In this document: piece by piece, positions 18,261-28,193 of the stretch
Layout: each line of letters begins with the position of its first letter
Numbering within the stretch: the first letter of the stretch is position 1
From: a candidate division WOR-3 bacterium
GTDB taxonomy: Bacteria > Hydrothermota > Tepidihabitantia > Tepidihabitantales > Tepidihabitantaceae
Length of the DNA stretch: 64,000 nucleotides
Direction: 5' to 3'
Assembly: GCA_965649295.1 (NCBI GenBank)
Contig: CBFGKH010000008.1
Span: forward strand, 1-64,000
The notes under the pieces: generated by a model
The model's input: the letters and a program-made list of their open reading frames with translations, nothing else
Database searches by the model: none
What the model was told of the DNA's origin: nothing
Position numbers and translations under genes: made by a program

Positions 18261-19207
18261 TGCCGCCTCACCTTCTCAAGCCTGATGCAGTCGCTGACAA
18301 CATATAGTGGCCGACGTTTGGTCTCGTTGAAAGTCCGGCCCAAATAGATACCGATGATGCCGAGGATCGAGATAATAATCCCCGCCAGAAAATAGACCGA
18401 CGCAATCAAGCTCGACCAGCCAGCAACACTCACTCCGTGCCGCAGGGCCCGAATAACCACATAGACGCCATAGCCAAAAGCCACTAGCGAGATTAGAAAG
18501 CCAACTCGCACCACCAAACGGAGCGGCTTGTCCGAATGGGCAATCACAATATCCTGGGCCAGCCGCCAGAGTCGCCGCAGATTATAGGAACCGCGACCAG
18601 CAGCCCGCTCGCCATGCTGCACCGAAATGCTCGTGCGCGGAAATCCAAGCCAGTCAACGATTCCGCCAAAGAACCGCAGTTGCTCACGCACTTGGCGATA
18701 GTTCTGGACCACCCGACGCGAGACAATCCGAAAATTGCCGACCTGGCCGTCATAACGAGTCTCGGTTAGATAGCTGAAGAGCTTGTAGAAAAACCACGCT
18801 GCCAGCCGCTTGAAAACCGAGTCGCGGCGGCGGCCCCGCCGCGCAACGACCACATCATAGCCTTCCTGCGCTTTGGCATAGAGATTCGGTATCTCCTCGG
18901 GCCGGTCCTGCAGATCACTGTCCATCACCACCACCCAATCACCGTCGCAGTAGTCAAGGCCGGCAGTGATACCATAATGCTGACCAAAATTGCGGCTGAA
19001 ACGCAGCGCCTTGATGTGCTGGTCACCCTGGGCAAGATTGCTAATAACCGACCAGGTCTGGTCTCGCGACCCGTCGTCAACGAAGACTAACTCGTAGTCG
19101 TCGGTCAGTGGCTGCAGCGACCGGCTGAGCCGCCGGTACAGCTCCGGAACAACCGCCTCTTCATTATAGACCGGCAAGATAACGGAGATGTGGGCCACTG
19201 GCTGCAA
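18257..19207 (-). CDS. GT2 polyprenol-phosphate glycosyltransferase (ArnC/GtrB-like)
   Basis: PVYNEE, VDDGSRD, FSRNFGQ, MDSDLQDRPE, two C-terminal TMs, KRRPLYVV. Confidence 0.92.
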   Translation of the reverse strand: MQPVAHISVILPVYNEEAVVPELYRRLSRSLQPLTDDYELVFVDDGSRDQTWSVISNLAQGDQHIKALRFSRNFGQHYGITAGLDYCDGDWVVVMDSDLQDRPEEIPNLYAKAQEGYDVVVARRGRRRDSVFKRLAAWFFYKLFSYLTETRYDGQVGNFRIVSRRVVQNYRQVREQLRFFGGIVDWLGFPRTSISVQHGERAAGRGSYNLRRLWRLAQDIVIAHSDKPLRLVVRVGFLISLVAFGYGVYVVIRALRHGVSVAGWSSLIASVYFLAGIIISILGIIGIYLGRTFNETKRRPLYVVSDCIRLEKVRRQ

Positions 19208-19325
19208 GAATACTACTGTGCCCAGACCGAATCAAGGACGCAACAACCAAAGCCCAGCCTTACACTCAGGGGCGGGGCCAGTTAGGACTCACACGACCAG
19301 CACAAACCGTAGCTCGCAGGAACGA

Positions 19326-20384
19326 TTATTCTCGCGTTCCTCGGGCCAGTTCCTGGAAGTAGGCGTTCCAGAACGGGTCAACAATCGGGTGTTCCAGCTT
19401 CTGCTCGCAGCCTGCCTCAACCAGCACCATTCCCTTACGCGTCACCTCACCGATGTCCGCTGCCGGTATCCGCTTCTTGGCCAGCACAGCCAGCACCTTC
19501 GCCGCCTGTTTCGGCCGTACTGTTGCAATAAGAGTTCCTTCGCTGATTGACTTGTAGGGATCAATGCCATACAGCCGGCAGATTTCGATAACACCGGGCA
19601 ACACCGGTATCTTCTCCTTTTCCACCCTGACGCCAAGGCCACAGGCCTGCGCCAGCTCATAAAGCCCGCCCCAGATACCACACTCAGTTGCATCGTGCAT
19701 CATCGTCACGCCCCGCTCCCGCACGCCCACGCTCACTGCGGCCATGGCATCATCAACAACACTCATCTGCCAAAACAATCTCTGCGCCCGCTTGGCAAAT
19801 GCCGTACCGAACTCCTGCTCTAGCCTAGCCGTAGCCATCACCGCAAAGATACCCGCGGCCTCGACGGCTGGCCCCTTAGTAACGATGATGCGGTCACCAG
19901 GTCGAACAAACTCTGGCGCCACGTAGTCCCCCAGTCCACCCTCAGCAATTGCCGTCGCGCCGCCGACCATCGGAAACGCACAGTTGCCGTAGCGAGCAGT
20001 GTGTCCGGTCACGATCGTCACTCCATAGCGCCGGCACTCGCGATGAATTGTCTTCCAAACAATCTCCAGCTGCTCCTCGGTAGTCTCCAGCGGCAGGTTC
20101 AAGTCAATTGTAAGATAACGCGGTGGCAGTCCACTCGTCACCACGTCCGATAGTAGGATGTGAATCGCAAACCAGGCCGCCCGTTCCCAGCCGCACCAAG
20201 GCGCAATCGCCACCGGATCAGTGGTCAAGGCAAGGGCCCGGTTGCCGACACGAACAATGCCACAGTCAACACCGTGCCTCGGGCCCACGAGGAGATTGCG
20301 GCTCGGCGCGCCGAGCCTAGGGTAGATTAGCTCCTCAAAGACCTTCTGGGATATCTTGCCAATTTCTGGTAGTCTTGCTTTCAT
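19326..20384 (-). CDS. AIR synthase-related (HypE/ThiL-like) protein
   Basis: GVDCG, TTDP, TGHT, MHDATECG, ISEGTL. Confidence 0.85.
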   Translation of the reverse strand: MKARLPEIGKISQKVFEELIYPRLGAPSRNLLVGPRHGVDCGIVRVGNRALALTTDPVAIAPWCGWERAAWFAIHILLSDVVTSGLPPRYLTIDLNLPLETTEEQLEIVWKTIHRECRRYGVTIVTGHTARYGNCAFPMVGGATAIAEGGLGDYVAPEFVRPGDRIIVTKGPAVEAAGIFAVMATARLEQEFGTAFAKRAQRLFWQMSVVDDAMAAVSVGVRERGVTMMHDATECGIWGGLYELAQACGLGVRVEKEKIPVLPGVIEICRLYGIDPYKSISEGTLIATVRPKQAAKVLAVLAKKRIPAADIGEVTRKGMVLVEAGCEQKLEHPIVDPFWNAYFQELARGTRE

Positions 20385-20487
20385 GGTCCAATTCTAGTTC
20401 AACTTCCTGCTCCAGCAATAACCAGCTCTAGCCGATAGCGTTGCTGCCCAGCGGCAACACATCGCCAGACCAGTTGTTGGTAAGGTG

Positions 20488-21150
20488 CTACTGGTTTTGC
20501 TGCGATGGAGTCTTGTCGGCGACTGACTGTTCCAGTCGGGCCGGCCTAGCTCCAAATGCCGCCTCCGGCCGCACTACTCCACCCGAGACCACGAGCTTCA
20601 GTCCTTCCTCAATTGACATTCCGGTCTCGGTCGTGTCCTCAGCCGGAACAATGGCTAGCCAGCCGGTGGTCGGATTCGGTGCTGTCGGGAAGAAGACCCA
20701 GAGCGCCTCGCGCCCGTCCGGCAGCACAAACTTCTCATCGGTGGTGACAAACCCCAGTGCATAGAGCCCCTTGCTTGGATACTGGGCCAGCACCGTCTTG
20801 CGCAAGGAGCTGCGCTTGACAAAGACCGCATCGGTGAGCTGCCGAGCCGAACCATAGACCTCGCGTACCACCGGGATGCTGCGCATTATCTTGTCAAACC
20901 AGCCCAACGCATACCGACCCAGCACGCCCGAGGCAATCGCGCCAACCACCAGTATCACTATCAGCAGAAACAGAAAACCCATCACTGTCGCCACCCAGTC
21001 CGGCAGCGGTTCAATCAGCGGCGCATGCTCCAGTAACGGCCGGAAAAGTCCGCCCGCCCAGGTGACGATGACATAAAACAGCAAAATCGTCACGCTTACC
21101 GGCAGCAGTGCCGCAATGCCAGTCAGGAAATAGTAGCGCAGTTGCTTCAT
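20488..21150 (-). CDS. DUF502 membrane protein
   Basis: YFLTG, IPVVREVY, VFFPTAPNPTTG, GLKLVVSGG. Confidence 0.9.
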   Translation of the reverse strand: MKQLRYYFLTGIAALLPVSVTILLFYVIVTWAGGLFRPLLEHAPLIEPLPDWVATVMGFLFLLIVILVVGAIASGVLGRYALGWFDKIMRSIPVVREVYGSARQLTDAVFVKRSSLRKTVLAQYPSKGLYALGFVTTDEKFVLPDGREALWVFFPTAPNPTTGWLAIVPAEDTTETGMSIEEGLKLVVSGGVVRPEAAFGARPARLEQSVADKTPSQQNQ

Positions 21151-21195
21151 TGGCTTCAGTCTAGCGTTGCCCTTCGGCTGATGTCAATCAGACTA

Positions 21196-21831
21196 CTAGC
21201 CGGCGGTCTCGCTGCTTCGTGCCTTGTCCCCAGCTGCTGTCTTTACCTCTTGGTGGTCCTTCTGGCCGGCTCCAATATCATTGGCGCCTTTGGCTCTACT
21301 TGGTGCCTTCGTGTCTCGGCAGTGAACCCCAATTTCGTCAGTCAGTCGCGCGCGGCAGCGACCAAGGAACTCGTGGCAGACCCCGCTCCGGTAATCAGGG
21401 TATGTCCAATCCAGCGGTTCAAAGCGGCCATGCTGGTAACGTAGCGTCAGCTCGGCATAGATGCCGTCGCGCAGATAGATGCGGTGCGCATGGGCCTTGG
21501 TGGTAGCTAGCACCAGCGAGTGAAGCGTCAGCAGCCCAGGATCAATATTCACGGTTCGGCAGCCAGCAACTGCCAGGGCCTGTTCCAGTTGGCCGCAAGC
21601 AAGTTTTAGCTCGGCCAGTCGCTCCTGAGCAACCATCCCAGCGATACCGATCCAGCGCCGGATTAGTCCCGACCCAAACTCGGCTTTGTAGTAGTCTGTG
21701 AAGTCAAACGGTATGTCCTGGCTGCGTAGCTCAATCTGGCCAAACCTCTGGCTGATCGCTTCTTCGGCAATCATCAGCCGCTGGGCACTAGCGCCAAGCA
21801 GACCAATGACAAGTTTGGCGAACGGTGTCAA
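21196..21831 (-). CDS. DUF4416 family protein with repeat-derived C-terminal tail
   Basis: FDFTDYY..EFG, RTVNIDPG, HRIYL.DGIYAE, WTYPDY. Confidence 0.88.
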   Translation of the reverse strand: MTPFAKLVIGLLGASAQRLMIAEEAISQRFGQIELRSQDIPFDFTDYYKAEFGSGLIRRWIGIAGMVAQERLAELKLACGQLEQALAVAGCRTVNIDPGLLTLHSLVLATTKAHAHRIYLRDGIYAELTLRYQHGRFEPLDWTYPDYRSGVCHEFLGRCRARLTDEIGVHCRDTKAPSRAKGANDIGAGQKDHQEVKTAAGDKARSSETAG

Positions 21832-22508
21832 GGGTCGGACGGCGGCACCGGTTCGGCGGCTCCGTCCCGGACGCTGTAATCAACCGCCAGGGTCTCAAAC
21901 CTGGTTGCCGCTGACTCGGCCTCAGCCTCGCGGCCGGCCATGAACTCACCGAACTCCTCCATCCGCGGCAGGTCATCAAGACTCTCTAGGCCGAAGTAAC
22001 GCAGAAACTCCCGTGTCGTACGATAGAGAAACGGATTGCCGGCCCGATGCGCCCGGCCGGCCGTCGAGATCAACCGCCGCTCCAGCAGCGTCAGCAGTGG
22101 CCCTGAACAGTCAACCCCCCGCAGTTTCTCAATCTCCGGCCTGGTGACCGGTTGGTTGTAGGCGATAATCGCCAGCACCTCGAGTGCGGCCCGCGACAGC
22201 CGCTGCACCTGCTGCGACTGATACAGCCGCCGCACAAAGTCAGCATAGGCAGCAGTCGTGTACAGTTGATAGCCCTGCGCCACCTTGTGTACCCGAAACG
22301 TCCGGCCGCTCTCGGCATAGACCCGATTCAGCTCTTCCACCAGCCCTGCCACCGCATCAATCGGGATTCCGGCAATGCTGGCAATGCGGGCCGCGCCCAG
22401 CGGTTCATCGGCCGCAAAGAGCAGCGCCTCGACCACCAGGGCCGGATCAGTTGGTGCGCTGGTTGGAACGGTCGGAACTGGCGCGGCCGACCCCTGAGGC
22501 TCGCTCAT
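21828..22508 (-). CDS. scpB: SMC-Scp complex subunit ScpB
   Basis: [45 protein letters not shown]. Confidence 0.95.
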   Translation of the reverse strand: MSEPQGSAAPVPTVPTSAPTDPALVVEALLFAADEPLGAARIASIAGIPIDAVAGLVEELNRVYAESGRTFRVHKVAQGYQLYTTAAYADFVRRLYQSQQVQRLSRAALEVLAIIAYNQPVTRPEIEKLRGVDCSGPLLTLLERRLISTAGRAHRAGNPFLYRTTREFLRYFGLESLDDLPRMEEFGEFMAGREAEAESAATRFETLAVDYSVRDGAAEPVPPSDP

Positions 22509-23716
22509 TTGGTCAGCCGGAACCGGGCCAAAAGCGCCGCGGTAGCAACCTTCAGGTCCTTGCGCTCCATAAAGCAGGTGAGTCTGGTCTCCGACGTTGC
22601 GAACGCGTCAAGGTGAACGCCAACACGATGCAGCGTCTCAAGCGTGCCGAGGACAATCTCACTGTCGCTACCCACGCCGGGCCCGACAACCGATACCGAG
22701 CAGAGCGAGTCCTTCACCTCCAGCCGAGCAGCCCGCACCTCGCGCAGCAGCCGGCCAAGCACCGTCCGGGCCGTTTCCAGTTGCGACTCGGGAATGATAT
22801 ACGAAAGGTCAAACACGTCGCCGTGATGCACCCCGTGATTGAACAGTAACACCGGCACCCGCGCCGACGCCAGCCTCGTCACAACCTGATGAAGGCACTT
22901 CTTCTTGCGGGGCACATCGGCCAAGGTCAGCCGGACAAGCTTGTGACTGTGGGTCATTGCCCGGACAAAGGCCTTCTCCATCTTCTCCAGCTTGCTCACC
23001 ATGGTTCCACTCTCCTCGCTGAACGACGACCGAATCACTAGCTCAACCCGATACTTCTCAGCCAGGGCACAGGCCCGCGGATGAATTACCTCTGAACCTG
23101 ACCCGGCCAATTCTGCCAGCTCGGTAAACGAGATCCGTGGGACTGGCCGGGCCTGCGGAAACTCGTTCGGGTTCTCGGTATGAATGCCGGCAACGTCCTT
23201 GTACAGCTCGCAGCGATCTGCCTTCAGGGCTGCGGCCAGCGCCACGGCCGTGACATCGGAACCGCCACGACCAAGCGTAGTAATCTCACGGTCAACCGAT
23301 ACACCCTGGAATCCGGCAACAATCGGAATCTGACCGGCCCGCAAGGCCGCCTTCAGTCGGTCGCCACGAATCTCCTGAATCCGAGCATCAGAATGAAACC
23401 GGTCGGTAATAATCCCCACCTGCGAGCCAGTAAACGACACCGCCTCCTCGCCCTGCTGCATGATTGCCAGCGAGACCAGGGCCATTGTCTGCCGCTCCCC
23501 AGCGGTCAGCAGCATGTCCAGTTCTCGTCGCTGGGGATTGGGCGTTATCGCATATGCCATTCGCGTCAACTCATCGGTAGTCGCGCCCATTGCTGATACG
23601 ACCACCACGACTCGGTTGCCCGACCGCCGGGTCTCGACAATCCTCCTGGCGACATTGCGAATGCGGTCAATGTTCGCCACCGATGTGCCGCCATACTTCT
23701 GAATAACCAGCGGCAT
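22505..23716 (-). CDS. lysC: Aspartate kinase
   Basis: [24 protein letters not shown]-terminal ACT domains. Confidence 0.92.
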   Translation of the reverse strand: MPLVIQKYGGTSVANIDRIRNVARRIVETRRSGNRVVVVVSAMGATTDELTRMAYAITPNPQRRELDMLLTAGERQTMALVSLAIMQQGEEAVSFTGSQVGIITDRFHSDARIQEIRGDRLKAALRAGQIPIVAGFQGVSVDREITTLGRGGSDVTAVALAAALKADRCELYKDVAGIHTENPNEFPQARPVPRISFTELAELAGSGSEVIHPRACALAEKYRVELVIRSSFSEESGTMVSKLEKMEKAFVRAMTHSHKLVRLTLADVPRKKKCLHQVVTRLASARVPVLLFNHGVHHGDVFDLSYIIPESQLETARTVLGRLLREVRAARLEVKDSLCSVSVVGPGVGSDSEIVLGTLETLHRVGVHLDAFATSETRLTCFMERKDLKVATAALLARFRLTK

Positions 23717-24904
23717 CTAGCAGCCCTGTCCCAGCCAGCGGCCGATGCGCTCAGCTGCCCTCACCAGTCGCTCCTTCGGTGCCACCAGCGCAAACCGGAC
23801 ATAGCCCTCACCGGCCTGGCCGAAACCCACGCCCGGGGCGCAGACCACCCGACAATTGGCCAGCAGTTCTTTAGTGAACTCGAACGACGCCGAAACGCGG
23901 CTGCCACCTGGTTTGTGGTAGCTGCCCGGCACCCGCGCCCAGACATAGAAGGTAGCCTCCGGCTTAGGCACTTCCCAACCCAACCTGGCCAGCGTGTCGC
24001 AGAATTGGTCTCGTCGCTCAAGATAGACCGCCCGATTGGCCGCTGCCAGCCGGGCGCCAGCCCGCAGCGCATAGGCTGCAGCGTCCTGAATCGCCCCGAA
24101 CGGCCCAGAATCGGTATTCTGCTTTATCTTCAGTAGTGCTGCCACCAACCCGGCATTGCCCACCGCAAACCCAATCCGCCAGCCCGCCATGTTGAACGTC
24201 TTCGACAGGGAGTGAAACTCGATGCAGCAGTCCTTGGCGCCCGGCACCTGCAGAATGCTCGCCGGCCGCTCCCGACCGAAATAGAGCTCAGAATAGACAT
24301 TGTCGTTGACGACAAAGAAGCCGCGCTTACGGGCCAGCCTTACCACTTCGGCGTAGAACGACAACGGTGCCACTGCCGCGGTTGGATTGCTGGGATAGTT
24401 GATGCAGAGGAGCTTGATACTCTGCAGCCGCTCCAGCCACCCCAGCTCGGGCAAAAAACCGTTCTCCTCCTTCAACGGCAGCATCACCGGTGTTGCACCA
24501 GCCAGCCGCGCTTGATTCGGATAGACCGGATAGGCCGGGTCACCGATTGCCACGGTGTCACCGGTGCCGCAAGTGCCCCAAATGAGATGGCCAACACCCT
24601 CTTTCGACCCCAAGAGCATCACCACCTCAGTTGCCGGATCAAGCTCGACCCCAAACCGCTTCCGGTACCAGCCAGCAGCCGCAGCCCGACACGACAGCTT
24701 GCCAGCATAGGTCGGGTAGCGATGATTCTCGGTCTTCTTCAGGGCTTTGGCGAACGCGGCCAGAATCGGCTTTGGCGTCGGCAGGTCTGGACTGCCCTCA
24801 CCAAGGTCAATAATATCACCACCAACCGACGCCTTCAGGTCATCAAGCTCTTTGAATAGATACGGCGGAATCCGACCCAGCCGCGCCGCAGCGGCGTTGC
24901 GCAT
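23717..24904 (-). CDS. Class I/II PLP aminotransferase (LL-diaminopimelate aminotransferase-like)
   Basis: IPPYLF, GSKEG, NYPSNPT, EFHSLSKTFNMAGWRIG; upstream of lysC. Confidence 0.85.
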   Translation of the reverse strand: MRNAAAARLGRIPPYLFKELDDLKASVGGDIIDLGEGSPDLPTPKPILAAFAKALKKTENHRYPTYAGKLSCRAAAAGWYRKRFGVELDPATEVVMLLGSKEGVGHLIWGTCGTGDTVAIGDPAYPVYPNQARLAGATPVMLPLKEENGFLPELGWLERLQSIKLLCINYPSNPTAAVAPLSFYAEVVRLARKRGFFVVNDNVYSELYFGRERPASILQVPGAKDCCIEFHSLSKTFNMAGWRIGFAVGNAGLVAALLKIKQNTDSGPFGAIQDAAAYALRAGARLAAANRAVYLERRDQFCDTLARLGWEVPKPEATFYVWARVPGSYHKPGGSRVSASFEFTKELLANCRVVCAPGVGFGQAGEGYVRFALVAPKERLVRAAERIGRWLGQGC

Positions 24905-25057
24905 CACTGCGTTGTTATAGCCCAAAACCCACAAAATGTCAAGCTATTAGCGCTTTATGGGTATAACATTCGCTACCCATCCGGTCAAGCCCGCGGCTTT
25001 GGCTGGAACCTATTGACACGATTCTTGGCCTGCCTAGAATGGTATTAGGAGGTGCCC

Positions 25058-26062
25058 ATGCGCCACCTACTGATTGCCGTCTCCGTCCTGCTTGCGTTCG
25101 GCTTGACGCTGGCCAACCCGGTGATTGAGGTCTATTTCAGCGAGCTACAGACCGCTCCAGACTCGCTGGAACGAATCGAACTTCGCGCCATCAACACCCA
25201 ACGACCATTCCCAATCGACCTCTACAACTGGCGATTGTCAACCGATGCCGGTCTCTGCACCGTCAACGCTCACCTTGTCCTTACCGACTCAACAAGCTAT
25301 GTCGTTCTCGACGAAACCAACCTGAGTCCGGGTCTGACCCTTGGCGACTTTACCGATTCACTCGTCCTGTTCGACGAAACGGGTACGCCGGTTGACGCAA
25401 TCGGCTATCCGCTCCGCTCTACCTACTTCCACTGCCTCGCCCCACCAGCCGGCGCCTCAGCCGCTCTCTACTACAGCCGGCGCTGGGTTGGCGGCGAGCC
25501 GGCTGACTACTTCGCCTGGTACACCGACCCAAGCCCAACCTTTGCTGCACCCAACGACGACACGATCGGCGGCATCCGCGGCACTGTGTGCGACGACCGC
25601 GGCCTACCGGTCAGAACTGCAATGGTCACTGCCAATTGTCCGGCCGGACAACTGACCGCCTGGACCGACTCCCTTGGTCGCTATGAGTTTCATCCCACTG
25701 GCCCGGGCACATTCTTCATCCGCGCCCAGCACTCGACCTGTATCCCGGGCTGCTATCCAGAATCGGTCACTGTCGCCGCCAACACCTGGGCCGAGAACAT
25801 TGACATTCTTCTCACCCGCCTCGGCATCAGTGCTGTTGCCACAACCAATCCGCTTGCTTCCGACATCAGTCAGCATGGCCGCCGCCTTGCCGTCACCGGC
25901 AGCGGCCATCTGACGGTCTTTGACCAGTCCGGTCGCTCCCTCCTTGCCGCTACTGGCACCGGCAACTGGCAACTAGACATCAGCCATCTTCGCTCCGGCA
26001 TCTACTTTGTCCGACTTTTACGCGGCCGCAGCACGCTCTGTCGCAAGTTTATCATCTACTAG
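25058..26062 (+). CDS. Secreted protein with carboxypeptidase-regulatory-like domain and T9SS-like tail
   Basis: AGGAGG RBS, signal peptide, GIRGTV.D..G.PV...V, TDSLGRY, tail L.SGIYFVRL....RKFIIY. Confidence 0.72.
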   Translation: MRHLLIAVSVLLAFGLTLANPVIEVYFSELQTAPDSLERIELRAINTQRPFPIDLYNWRLSTDAGLCTVNAHLVLTDSTSYVVLDETNLSPGLTLGDFTDSLVLFDETGTPVDAIGYPLRSTYFHCLAPPAGASAALYYSRRWVGGEPADYFAWYTDPSPTFAAPNDDTIGGIRGTVCDDRGLPVRTAMVTANCPAGQLTAWTDSLGRYEFHPTGPGTFFIRAQHSTCIPGCYPESVTVAANTWAENIDILLTRLGISAVATTNPLASDISQHGRRLAVTGSGHLTVFDQSGRSLLAATGTGNWQLDISHLRSGIYFVRLLRGRSTLCRKFIIY

Positions 26063-26068
26063 TAACGG

Positions 26069-26094
26069 TCGCGGCGGCCACCTGGCCGCCGCGA
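26069..26094. terminator. GC hairpin between convergent genes
   Basis: TCGCGGCGGCC-acct-GGCCGCCGCGA. Confidence 0.6.
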
Positions 26095-26123
26095 TGCTCC
26101 TCTCTGCCTCGTTCGTTACTCTC

Positions 26124-26681
26124 TCACCACTTCACTATCAAGTCTCGATCCGGCCAGAACCGGCGGCGCGTGAAATAGTAGTCAACCAGCGACTCGCACC
26201 AGACCACGCTGTCCGGCTCGTAGCTTAGGTCCACATCCTCAAATTCTAGCGGCACGGTAACTCGGAACTCAGCCGTGTCAATCGGCGCCTGCCAGCGGCG
26301 CGTGCTCGTGACAATGTAGCGGGCTTGGCGACTGCCCAGCCGCTGCCGATAGTAAGCTGAAAACGAATCCTCGCCGTTCGGCGAAAACCGCATCACAAAC
26401 GTCACTGCTGTATCGTTGGGAGTGTAGGCGTGCCCGATAATATCCACCGAATCCGGATAGGGACAGTCAGTATCAATGTAGAACGGATAACTCATCAGCG
26501 CGGTCAGCGGCTTTGTGGCCCTGACCTTGAAATAGTACGTCCCCCTCACTTCCATCATTCCCGGCCTCACCTTCATCCAAACCGCCTCACGGGCAAAATG
26601 CACCGGTTCTGGCTGCCGGCCGGTTGGCGCCCGACCGCAGGCGAGCAATGATGCTAGCGCCAGCACCATGCGGCGAATCAC
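26124..26681 (-). CDS. Hypothetical lipoprotein (DUF4424-like)
   Basis: Lipobox LLAC; YIVTS...W..PI..AEF and FWP.RDL.V.W. Confidence 0.6.
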   Translation of the reverse strand: MIRRMVLALASLLACGRAPTGRQPEPVHFAREAVWMKVRPGMMEVRGTYYFKVRATKPLTALMSYPFYIDTDCPYPDSVDIIGHAYTPNDTAVTFVMRFSPNGEDSFSAYYRQRLGSRQARYIVTSTRRWQAPIDTAEFRVTVPLEFEDVDLSYEPDSVVWCESLVDYYFTRRRFWPDRDLIVKW

Positions 26682-27168
26682 AGCCCCTAAGGGTAGAGCC
26701 CGCCGTTCGCCCTGTAAAGCCGGGCGCCGACCCGGCCAGAATCAGAACTGCTATACCCAGCAGTTGCTGTGGCGGCGCTCGCCTTTCGGCGTCAGCCACA
26801 GCAACGGGGCGAGCTTCCTACCCAGCACTCGCCAGGGCTCTTCCAGCGGCCGTCCGGCGGGCTGACATCCGCGTCGTAGACTACTGCGACGCACCACCCT
26901 TGCGTATCCCCGGTACTTCACGATACCTCCCCTCATTCATCCCAGGTCTCTAACCGGCCAACGTTGCTGGCAGTCGGCAGCCGAACACCAACCGTTCCCG
27001 CATTCGGGTGCTCGACTGGTGCTCGGTTGTCGGACTAGGTGGAAAGCGGCTGCGCATTGCCATTCCCCCGGCGCAGACCTGCTACCCATTACCAGCATCT
27101 CTTCCTCCTCAAAAGCAATAAGACCCGCGGCCTGGCTCCTTGGGAACCCAGACCGCGGATGCGCTTAG

Positions 27169-27197
27169 ATTATACAGCATCCCGCCCATCTGCGCAA
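27169..27197 (-). promoter_or_regulatory. Sigma70 promoter with extended -10, driving a long structured leader
   Basis: Minus strand TTGCGC-17 nt-TATAAT. Confidence 0.65.
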
Positions 27198-27272
27198 GTC
27201 CTAGTTCAATTGTCGTCACCCCATCGCTGGCTTGGCTTGACCGGGGCGGCGACCGGTTCTATCGTCTCTAGC

Positions 27273-28190
27273 GTGGTTGTGCTTACCAACTGCGAGGGCC
27301 GCGTCGGTGTCAATGCGGCAGTTCGGGCGCTATTGGCCGGTAAGTCGGCGCTGGACGCGGTCGAGCTCGGCATTCGTCGGGTTGAGGCCTGTCCGACTGT
27401 CAATTCAGTCGGGCGCGGCGGGCTGCCAGACCTGCTCGGGCAGGTGACCTGTGACGCAGCGGTGATGGACGGTAGCAGCCTGACTGCCGGCGCGGTTGGC
27501 TGTCTTAGCGGCTACCTGCATGCGGTTACGGTTGCCCGGGCAGTGATGGAGCGGCTGCCTCATGTCTTGCTCGTCGGCGAGGGCGCAAACCGGTTTGCGG
27601 CCGAGATTGGGGCTGAGCAGGCCGAGCTTTTGACCGCAAGCAGTCGGGCGCGGTATCGCCGCTGGCTCGAACGGCACGTGCCAAAGTCCGAGTGCCGGAG
27701 GCTGAACGAGGTTCCGCTTGCCGGCTATGCCTGGCGGTCAACGCGCAAGGCCGGCGGCACGGTTGTGATGTTGGCGATTGACCGTCAGGGCAACCTTGCC
27801 GGTGCCACGAGCACGTCGGGCTGGGCCTTTCGCTATCCGGGCCGGCTTGGCGACTCGCCGGTGATTGGGGCCGGACTCTATGTTGACAATCGCTACGGTG
27901 CCTGTGGCTGCACCCATGTCGGCGAGATGACCATCCGCTGCGCGACTGCCCGTTCGGTGGTGCTCTATATGAAGCAGGGTGTGAGTGTCGAGGAGGCAGT
28001 GGCGGCGGCGATGGCCGACCTCGAGGAACTGCGGGCCGGCTTTACCGGCGCGGTGATGATTCACGCGCTTGACCGGGATGGCCGGGCCAGTGTGCTGAGC
28101 CGAACCGATGTCCGCGAGAAACGGGTTGACTACTTCTGGCCCGGTCAAGGCCGGGTGCGGCGGCTAGTGGCCCCAATCGCCAGCCGGTAG
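27273..28190 (+). CDS. Isoaspartyl peptidase / glycosylasparaginase (Ntn hydrolase T2)
   Basis: SVGRGGLPD, DAAVMDG, PHVLLVGEGA, GT nucleophile, TSTSG...YPGRLGDSP; GTG start after a promoter. Confidence 0.9.
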   Translation: MVVLTNCEGRVGVNAAVRALLAGKSALDAVELGIRRVEACPTVNSVGRGGLPDLLGQVTCDAAVMDGSSLTAGAVGCLSGYLHAVTVARAVMERLPHVLLVGEGANRFAAEIGAEQAELLTASSRARYRRWLERHVPKSECRRLNEVPLAGYAWRSTRKAGGTVVMLAIDRQGNLAGATSTSGWAFRYPGRLGDSPVIGAGLYVDNRYGACGCTHVGEMTIRCATARSVVLYMKQGVSVEEAVAAAMADLEELRAGFTGAVMIHALDRDGRASVLSRTDVREKRVDYFWPGQGRVRRLVAPIASR

Positions 28191-28193
28191 CCG

